From: Bacilli bacterium
GTDB taxonomy: Bacteria > Bacillota_I > Bacilli_A > RFN20 > CAG-826
Direction: 5' to 3'
Length of the DNA stretch: 64,000 bases
Assembly (NCBI GenBank): GCA_017651565.1
Contig: JAGCCQ010000050.1
Span: 1,918 to 65,917, forward strand
How positions within the stretch are numbered: position 1 is the first letter of the stretch; every line of letters begins with the position of its first letter. Position numbers and translations under genes: made by a program. Shown one piece after another: positions 57,961 through 64,000 of this stretch. A model generated the notes under the pieces. That model did not search any database, was not told the origin of the DNA, and saw only the letters and a program-made list of their open reading frames with translations.

Positions 57961-60492
57961 ATGAAAAGTACATTAATAGAAAGTACAAAATCAAAGTTTC
58001 AAGTACTAGCACAAAAACCAGCAAATGTCTTAAAAAGAATACAGGGCGTACTTTCAGACTTTGGTTCTAATAGAAATGGTAGAATATATCCAAGAGAGTT
58101 ATGGGAAAATGTAATTAATTCAGATTATGTAAAAGAAATGATTGACTCTCACGGACTTGTTGGAGAATTAGACCACCCAGAAGAAAGACTTGAAATATCA
58201 CTTCAAAATGTTTCGCACGTTATTAATGATATGTGGATCGAAGGCGATAAAGTTATGGGTGTTATAGATATATTACCAACACCAAACGGAAAGATTGTAA
58301 ATGAATTATTAGACTATGGTACTGATATTGGTATTAGTTCTCGTGGTGCTGGTTCTGTAGGTGCTGGAAATATAGTTGATCCAGATTATCAATTTATAAC
58401 TTTTGATTTTGTAGCAAGACCTAGTTGTGAGGCAGCTAGACTTAACACAATTCTTGAGGGTGTTAAAGTTGATCTAGAGAACAACAGTGACGATAAAGTA
58501 AATAAAATACTAGAAAGTTATAAGTCAGAACTAAAAGAAAGTTCTGATGGTGCTGATATAACAGATGAAGAGAAAGAGTTTTATGGCTATGGAAATAGAT
58601 ATAGAACTTTAGAGCAAATGATTAAGTTATTTAAACAATATTCTTATGAGTTTGAAACTAAAGCACACAGGGAGAAAAATGAGTTCTATAGAGGACTTGC
58701 TGAAGGTTATAGTAGGGCTTCCTTTGAGTTAGAACATAATCTAGATCCAGAGAAACATAAATTAAACGAGGCTATGTCAGATCAAGAAGTATATAAAGTA
58801 GTGCTTAATTGGTATAAAGATCAAATTGAGGCTGGTAAAATGACACTTAATCAGTGTTACGAGTTACTATCAGATAAAGCAAAGGTTAGTTTAAATAAAT
58901 TAGTTGATAAATCTAAAATACAAGAAAGTATAAGAGCAACATTAAAAAAACCTTTAAGAGAAGCCGTTGAAACAGTTTATTATACTCTTGCTATACCAAC
59001 TGAAAAGGGGGAGCGTAACTTATTAGTTAAGGCTCCAAAGAAGTATAATATTGATAGTAAAGAAGATTATCTAAAACTTGTTGATGATTTATATAAAAAA
59101 GGTTTAATTAATTTAGACGAAAAAGAAGATTTTGAGTTTGGTAATTTCAAATGTATTGAAAGAGACGATTCAGCAGAGTTTTTCATAAGCCACGGAATTA
59201 AACTATTAGACTTAACATCTAAAGGTAATAAGTTAAAGGAAGACTATGAAGACTATGCAAACAAAGGAGAATACTCTGATAAAGTATTTGTTGCTAAAGC
59301 AAATGACAACGAAAGAAAAAACTTAAAAAAAGAACTTGCTAAAAGATTTAAAGTAGGTACAAGAGTTTATGTTTATGGAGAAGGTCCTGGAAGTGTAAAA
59401 CTATATGATGAGAAAAATGGAGAGTTTGGATCTGTAAAAGTTTTATTAGATAGGGGAGAGTTGATCCCTGTTAGTCTTGGTGTAGACCGTATTGATTTGA
59501 TAAAAGATGTTGAATCTTTCGTTTGTTATAACTGTGGAAAGTATTTTGTAGGTAAGTTAAAACAAAATGGTACTATGCCTAACTGTCCTAATTGCTATGA
59601 GACAGTATATAAAGACGATGATAGAAGAGATAGTGACGGACACGCTAATAAGGACGTGCATATCCATAAACTAGGAGAGTCATATAAAATGATAGGTAAA
59701 CCAATATATGAAGCATATAACCCAAAAGAAGATCAAAAATATAAAAAGATGATCCAGGATGAGTTTGGCTATTGTATAGATGAGATAGATGTAGAAGGAC
59801 CTGGAGAAATCTGGATATACCTTAAAGATAAATATATATCATCAGAGATGGAAGGACACACAATTCACGAGCAAACTTTTAAGGCTTGTTATGAAATGCT
59901 TAAAAATGGAATCGAAGAATCGTTAAGTGAATCTGCTGACGGTGTACCTTCATCACTAGAACTAAATACAGGAGTACTTCCAATAATAGATACAGGTATT
60001 TATGGGCGTGAAGAAGATATATGGCGTTATATAGAAGATGACGAAGGAAGTTATGAGGATGGTCCAGAAACTATGGAAGATCTAGATAAGGCTATGATAG
60101 ACATCGGTGGACCTATGCTTCAAGAGATGATACAGGAAGTTTTACCGAGTGCTACTGTAGAAGTAACAGGGGTACATCATCCTACTTTCTATAACTATTC
60201 AACTGATGAGTTAGAGTTTAATTTAGGATATGATCCAAATGAACTTAATGAACTTATTAATAGAGCCGTTAGTGAAAAAGAGTTTGAAGAATACTTAAAA
60301 TCATTTAGTAGTTACAGTGGTTTTGTTTCATTTATGGCTGATAATCTAGAGGACTTTGATACAGAAGACTATTGGAAAAAAGCAGTACAAGTTTTATGTT
60401 ACTACCTAGGGGACAAAAAAGATTATCACGAAGCATTAAACTATGAAGCAACAACCGATTTCTGGGATGATGTTATTCAATCTTTTAGATAA
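57961..60492 (+). CDS. Prohead maturation protease (T4 gp21-like) with a long C-terminal module array
   Basis: NRNGRIYP, GELDHP, VSHVI, GISSRGAGS and FDFVARPS in the first ~165 aa; then about 650 aa divided by LKES, LNEA, IQES, LREA, LKED, LGES, IEESLSES. Confidence 0.9.
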   Translation: MKSTLIESTKSKFQVLAQKPANVLKRIQGVLSDFGSNRNGRIYPRELWENVINSDYVKEMIDSHGLVGELDHPEERLEISLQNVSHVINDMWIEGDKVMGVIDILPTPNGKIVNELLDYGTDIGISSRGAGSVGAGNIVDPDYQFITFDFVARPSCEAARLNTILEGVKVDLENNSDDKVNKILESYKSELKESSDGADITDEEKEFYGYGNRYRTLEQMIKLFKQYSYEFETKAHREKNEFYRGLAEGYSRASFELEHNLDPEKHKLNEAMSDQEVYKVVLNWYKDQIEAGKMTLNQCYELLSDKAKVSLNKLVDKSKIQESIRATLKKPLREAVETVYYTLAIPTEKGERNLLVKAPKKYNIDSKEDYLKLVDDLYKKGLINLDEKEDFEFGNFKCIERDDSAEFFISHGIKLLDLTSKGNKLKEDYEDYANKGEYSDKVFVAKANDNERKNLKKELAKRFKVGTRVYVYGEGPGSVKLYDEKNGEFGSVKVLLDRGELIPVSLGVDRIDLIKDVESFVCYNCGKYFVGKLKQNGTMPNCPNCYETVYKDDDRRDSDGHANKDVHIHKLGESYKMIGKPIYEAYNPKEDQKYKKMIQDEFGYCIDEIDVEGPGEIWIYLKDKYISSEMEGHTIHEQTFKACYEMLKNGIEESLSESADGVPSSLELNTGVLPIIDTGIYGREEDIWRYIEDDEGSYEDGPETMEDLDKAMIDIGGPMLQEMIQEVLPSATVEVTGVHHPTFYNYSTDELEFNLGYDPNELNELINRAVSEKEFEEYLKSFSSYSGFVSFMADNLEDFDTEDYWKKAVQVLCYYLGDKKDYHEALNYEATTDFWDDVIQSFR

Positions 60493-60500
60493 AAATAATA

Positions 60501-60556
60501 AAAAGAACAAAGTTTGTAATTTTTTACATTTTTTGTTCTTTTTTTATATATAATAG
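60501..60556 (+). promoter_or_regulatory. Terminator fused to phage promoter class B, upstream of the major capsid gene
   Basis: AAAAGAACAAA...TTTGTTCTTTT, then TTTATATATAATAG. Confidence 0.65.
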
Positions 60557-60560
60557 TAGA

Positions 60561-60656
60561 AGAGTAAAATAACTCTTTATTGTGTTGCACTAATAGAGAA
60601 ATTAGAAACTGTCTATTGGTTTACAGTGCTACTTACTACTATTACCACTAACACAA
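60561..60656 (+). other. Structured 5' leader of the major capsid mRNA
   Basis: AGAGT/ACTCT hairpin, then nested pairs TTGTGTT/AACACAA, GCACT/AGTGC and AATAGA/TCTATT. Confidence 0.5.
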
Positions 60657-60683
60657 GAAAAATATTATAGGAGGAAATGAAAA

Positions 60684-62039
60684 ATGGAAGTTAGACAATA
60701 CTTAACTGAAAACGAACATTTACTTCGTAAACATAGCCGTATGATTAGTGCTGTAAACAAAGCATTAAAAGAAAATGCTAATTACGGAAGAGAATTAGAT
60801 GAGTTTAAAAAAGCTAATTTAGCAGTTATGCTTGAAAATGTTTCACACGCTTTTGATGTTAGAAAAAAACTTACTGAAGCACAAGGAACACAAGTAGGAG
60901 ACATAGCAAAGAAAAATGACTATTTAAACTTAATCTCTGCAGTAATGCCAACACTAGTTGCTGAAGACCTAGTAAATGTGCAACCTTTAAAACAAAAAGC
61001 AGGAGTAGTTTACTACTTAAAAAATGTTTTTGATGATGATAAAGGTGGAATTAGCAAGGGAGATGTAATATCTTCATTTGAAAGAGTTTATGTAGAAGAC
61101 TCAAAACTAAATAGTGCGTTTAATTATTCTGCTGAAACTGTAGATAGCGAAGCACTAACTATCGTAGAAGGATCAGCAAAATTAGCTTGGATACCTGTAG
61201 TACCAGGATCAGTTGTAATCGGTACTGATACAGATGACGGAGAAGGTCATATCGGAACAGCAACTATTGATTACGAAACAGGTGTTATCACAGGTTTAAC
61301 AGATCAAACTGAAGCGTCTTATAAACAAGACCTATATCAAGCACCAATTAGAGTGCCAAGAGTAAAAACAATCGTTACTGATATTACTGTAACAGCAAGA
61401 CCTAGAAAACTAGCAACTGCTTTCAGTTTAGACGCAGCTTACGATTTACAAATGACACAAAATGTTGATTTACAATCAATCATCGCTGGTGCAGCTACTG
61501 ATGAAATCAGAAGCGAAATTGATGGAGAAATCTTAAATGATTTAGCAAACTCTGGAACATCAATGACTATAAGTTGGAACCAACCTGTACCATTTGGTAT
61601 TTCAAAGTTCGATCACTATGAAAGTTTCTATCAAACAATCGTTGAGGGTGCTAATAAGATTTATGCTAAAACTCGTAGAATTACAGGAAACTTTGTAATT
61701 GTAGGAGAAAACGCAGCTAATGTTATTGAAACTCACTCAAAGTTTAAGGCAGCTGCTAGTCTTAATGAGGCTGGACCACACGTTGCTGGAACACTTAACG
61801 GTAAGTACCTAGTTGTTAAAAACCCTTACTTTGACGCAGATCAATTCGTAATCGGTTACAACGGAGATACTCCTTGGGATGGTGGTTATGTTTATGCTCC
61901 ATATATGGCAATTACATCAACTCAATTCATTATGGGAGAAAACTTCTTGGGTACTCAAGGATATGCAACTTCTTACGCAAAGAAATTACTTTCTGGTAAC
62001 TTCTATGTAAACGGAACAATAACACATATCACTGAATAG
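60684..62039 (+). CDS. Major capsid protein (T4 gp23-like)
   Basis: LVAEDLVNVQPL, VTARPRKLAT.FSLDAAYDL, EIRSEIDGEIL, GYVYAPY; LTE|A at residues 64-67 mirrors the T4 gp23 maturation site. Confidence 0.93.
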   Translation: MEVRQYLTENEHLLRKHSRMISAVNKALKENANYGRELDEFKKANLAVMLENVSHAFDVRKKLTEAQGTQVGDIAKKNDYLNLISAVMPTLVAEDLVNVQPLKQKAGVVYYLKNVFDDDKGGISKGDVISSFERVYVEDSKLNSAFNYSAETVDSEALTIVEGSAKLAWIPVVPGSVVIGTDTDDGEGHIGTATIDYETGVITGLTDQTEASYKQDLYQAPIRVPRVKTIVTDITVTARPRKLATAFSLDAAYDLQMTQNVDLQSIIAGAATDEIRSEIDGEILNDLANSGTSMTISWNQPVPFGISKFDHYESFYQTIVEGANKIYAKTRRITGNFVIVGENAANVIETHSKFKAAASLNEAGPHVAGTLNGKYLVVKNPYFDADQFVIGYNGDTPWDGGYVYAPYMAITSTQFIMGENFLGTQGYATSYAKKLLSGNFYVNGTITHITE

Positions 62040-62076
62040 TTAAGAGATCAAAAACCTTTTGTAAAATTGTAATTTT

Positions 62077-62109
62077 AAAAAAGAACCTTATGCAAGGGTT
62101 CTTTTTTTT
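62077..62109 (+). terminator. Intrinsic terminator after the capsid gene
   Basis: AAAAAAGAACCTT...AGGGTTCTTTTTTTT. Confidence 0.8.
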
Positions 62110-62110
62110 C

Positions 62111-62146
62111 TGGTAATTTGACAAATCTGGCAAAATATGGTAATAT
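62111..62146 (+). promoter_or_regulatory. SigmaA-type promoter overlapped by TGGNA-N5-TGGNA
   Basis: TTGACA(62118)-17 nt-TAATAT with a TG extension; TGGCA-AAATA-TGGTA at 62128. Confidence 0.65.
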
Positions 62147-62173
62147 TATTAGCAACTAAAAGGAGGGGATAAA

Positions 62174-62368
62174 ATGCCAATACAAGAATTACTTACAGTA
62201 TTAAGGGACAAAGATACTGTTTATTTAGAGTTGAATAATAAGGCTGGTTATATAGATACACATTATATAGGCGTTAGTGAAATTAAACTTATACAAAAAT
62301 ATCTAACAGCAAAGGTGGACTCTATATCAGTATTTAAGGGAAAACTTTATATTAAAGTACATTTATAG
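62174..62368 (+). CDS. Small hypothetical protein in its own transcription unit
   Basis: AGGAGG RBS; flanked by a promoter and a terminator. Confidence 0.65.
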   Translation: MPIQELLTVLRDKDTVYLELNNKAGYIDTHYIGVSEIKLIQKYLTAKVDSISVFKGKLYIKVHL

Positions 62369-62398
62369 GATCTATAGTAAAAGACTATAGATCTTTTT
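62369..62398 (+). terminator. Intrinsic terminator
   Basis: GATCTATAGT-AAAAG-ACTATAGATC-TTTTT. Confidence 0.75.
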
Positions 62399-62414
62399 AT
62401 TTGTAAACCTATTT

Positions 62415-62466
62415 AAAGAGACTTTTGTCTCTTTTTTATATATAATAGTAGAGTTAGAGAAACTCT
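62415..62466 (+). promoter_or_regulatory. Terminator fused to phage promoter class B, with a 5' hairpin
   Basis: AAAGAGAC-TTTT-GTCTCTTT, then TTTATATATAATAGTAGAGTT...AACTCT. Confidence 0.65.
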
Positions 62467-62489
62467 ATTTGTTATTAGGAGGAGTGTAT

Positions 62490-62954
62490 ATGGAAGACAA
62501 ATATAACATATTAATCACTTATAGTGGAGATGGAGATTTTAAGTTTATAGTAAGACGCATAGGGGAGATCATAATTTCAAAAACAAGACCTGTTTATATC
62601 TATAATGTAACGGCTGATGTTGTAAATGATTTAAGACCATTAAGAAGATTATTACTTAATGTAAGCATTGGATCAAAACCTGATGGTGCTTATAAAGTGT
62701 ATGATTTTGATAATTATACAAATATGCCAAAGGCTTTTGTGGGACAAAGACCTAACTTTGTAGAACACGCACCAATAACTAACGCTGAAATATCAAGTAT
62801 ACTTAAAAGTGGGACAAAAGGTCCTGAAGTTATTGAAGAAGTTAAACCTCAAGTGCAAGGAACTACTAAAGAAGAAGAAAAAGCCCCTGAAGTAAAAGTA
62901 GAAAAGCCAAAAGCAAAATCAACTAAAGCAAAACCAAAGAAAAAGAAAAAATAA
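62490..62954 (+). CDS. Hypothetical late protein with Lys-rich tail
   Basis: ATG 62490 after AGGAGGAG. Confidence 0.65.
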   Translation: MEDKYNILITYSGDGDFKFIVRRIGEIIISKTRPVYIYNVTADVVNDLRPLRRLLLNVSIGSKPDGAYKVYDFDNYTNMPKAFVGQRPNFVEHAPITNAEISSILKSGTKGPEVIEEVKPQVQGTTKEEEKAPEVKVEKPKAKSTKAKPKKKKK

Positions 62955-62966
62955 GGTGGTTGTTAT

Positions 62967-63623
62967 ATGACTAACGATGAATTAAGAAATTATATAAGGA
63001 CAATGCTTGGAGATAGTTTTGTCGATGTAGAGATAACTGATGAAGATATTTATACAATAGTAAGACAGGCTCTTTCAAAAGTTGCACCCTACTACGATGG
63101 AAGGCGTTTTATACTAGGACACGGACCTGTTGTAGATTTATCTAGTCACACTAATATTAAAGAGATAATAAATGTATATAATACTAGTAATGTAAATATA
63201 TATTCAATGCAAGAATATGTTTTTGGTGGTAGTGATATACTTATTTATTCAGCAACAATAATGGATAGGCTAGAGTTATATAATTGTTATAAAATGTTAT
63301 ATAATGAACTAAATAATCTAAAAGGTATTAGTTTTAGATATATAAAACCTACGCTTTATGTTGATGGATATACAGACGATGTCTTAATCGAGGCTATGGT
63401 TCGTCCAGAAAGTTTATACGATATAGATAGAAATAGTGAATATTTTGCTTGGGTTAAAGACTATTGTCTTGCTCTTGCAAAAGAATTAGTTGGTAGAACC
63501 AGATCAAAGTTCTCTGTTGATGGAAGTCCATATCAACTAGACGGGGATAGGCTATTAGGAGAGGCTCAAACAATGAAGCAAGAGTTAGAGGCAAGACTAA
63601 TAGGATCTATCTTTATATTATAG
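62967..63623 (+). CDS. Neck/head-completion protein (T4 gp13-like)
   Basis: LRNYIRTMLG...VDVEITDEDI...WVKDYCLALAKELVGRTRSKF...LDGDRL..EA; lies after the capsid gene. Confidence 0.75.
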   Translation: MTNDELRNYIRTMLGDSFVDVEITDEDIYTIVRQALSKVAPYYDGRRFILGHGPVVDLSSHTNIKEIINVYNTSNVNIYSMQEYVFGGSDILIYSATIMDRLELYNCYKMLYNELNNLKGISFRYIKPTLYVDGYTDDVLIEAMVRPESLYDIDRNSEYFAWVKDYCLALAKELVGRTRSKFSVDGSPYQLDGDRLLGEAQTMKQELEARLIGSIFIL

Positions 63624-63636
63624 AGGAGGAAATGAT

Positions 63637-64000
63637 ATGCTACTTTATAAAGGAGATAAGTTTATAAAAGGTAAAAAGTTTACAATAAATGAGTCTGTTT
63701 ATAGATTTCAAAAAAGAGATAATAATGATAATCTTATTTTTGAGGGTATAAATGGGAGTAAGTTAAAACTAACAGAAGAAGAGTTTAATAACAAGTCAAG
63801 AAAAGTAACAGAGGGAATACACAGTTACGGTTTAGGTAGAAGTTGTCATAGAAAAAGAAGCCTAACTGAAGGAGACGGATCTGCTAGAGAACTAGCGTAT
63901 AGTGTAGTTGATAACTTTAAAAAGATCACAGGAAGAGATTTAAAAGATATATTCAACTATTCAAATACCGAAGACGCTGTAGTTTTCAATCAAGATGTTG
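63637..64000 (+). CDS. Partial ORF running off the window end; carries LxE motifs
   Basis: ATG 63637 after GAGGAGG; open to the end; contains INES, LTEE, VTEG, LTEG. Confidence 0.6.
   Translation, partial: MLLYKGDKFIKGKKFTINESVYRFQKRDNNDNLIFEGINGSKLKLTEEEFNNKSRKVTEGIHSYGLGRSCHRKRSLTEGDGSARELAYSVVDNFKKITGRDLKDIFNYSNTEDAVVFNQDV

Noticed and set aside
1-64000. Stop-codon reassignment (TAG or TGA recoding)
   Set aside because: Genes are long and intact in code 11; TAG ends many genes just before the next RBS, and TGA ends two overlapping genes.

Overview
A 64 kb internal segment of a large, AT-rich tailed phage. All credible genes are on the + strand, in genetic code 11, with strong GGAGG ribosome-binding sites and sigmaA-type promoters that suggest a low-GC Firmicutes host. 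It holds a T4-like head module: large terminase, gp20-like portal, gp21-like prohead protease, gp23-like major capsid protein and a gp13-like neck protein. It also holds a replication/recombination block: GroEL/GroES, a gp32-like SSB, RuvC-like resolvase, RecA, split SbcC/Rad50, SbcD, DNA methyltransferase, probable sliding clamp, TOPRIM primase, DnaX-like loader, two sigma-like factors, and Mor-like and AbrB-like regulators. The most striking feature is about 26 kb of acidic ORFs that share an N-terminal leader ending in L-[NK]-E and are punctuated by L/I-x-E-[SAG] motifs. That motif is the T4 gp21 protease site, also present at the capsid protein's LTE|A. The motifs delimit small, shuffled globular domains. 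I infer a capsid-targeted polyprotein cargo system that the prohead protease cuts into dozens of small internal proteins; candidates include an Ocr-like DNA mimic and possibly an FtsK motor. Also seen are two phage-specific -10-only promoter classes, AbrB-type TGGNA boxes at sigmaA promoters, structured RNA elements, and codon choices suggesting avoidance of several restriction sites. No tRNA, rRNA, CRISPR array or IS was seen. All family calls come from motif recognition by eye, not from database searches.
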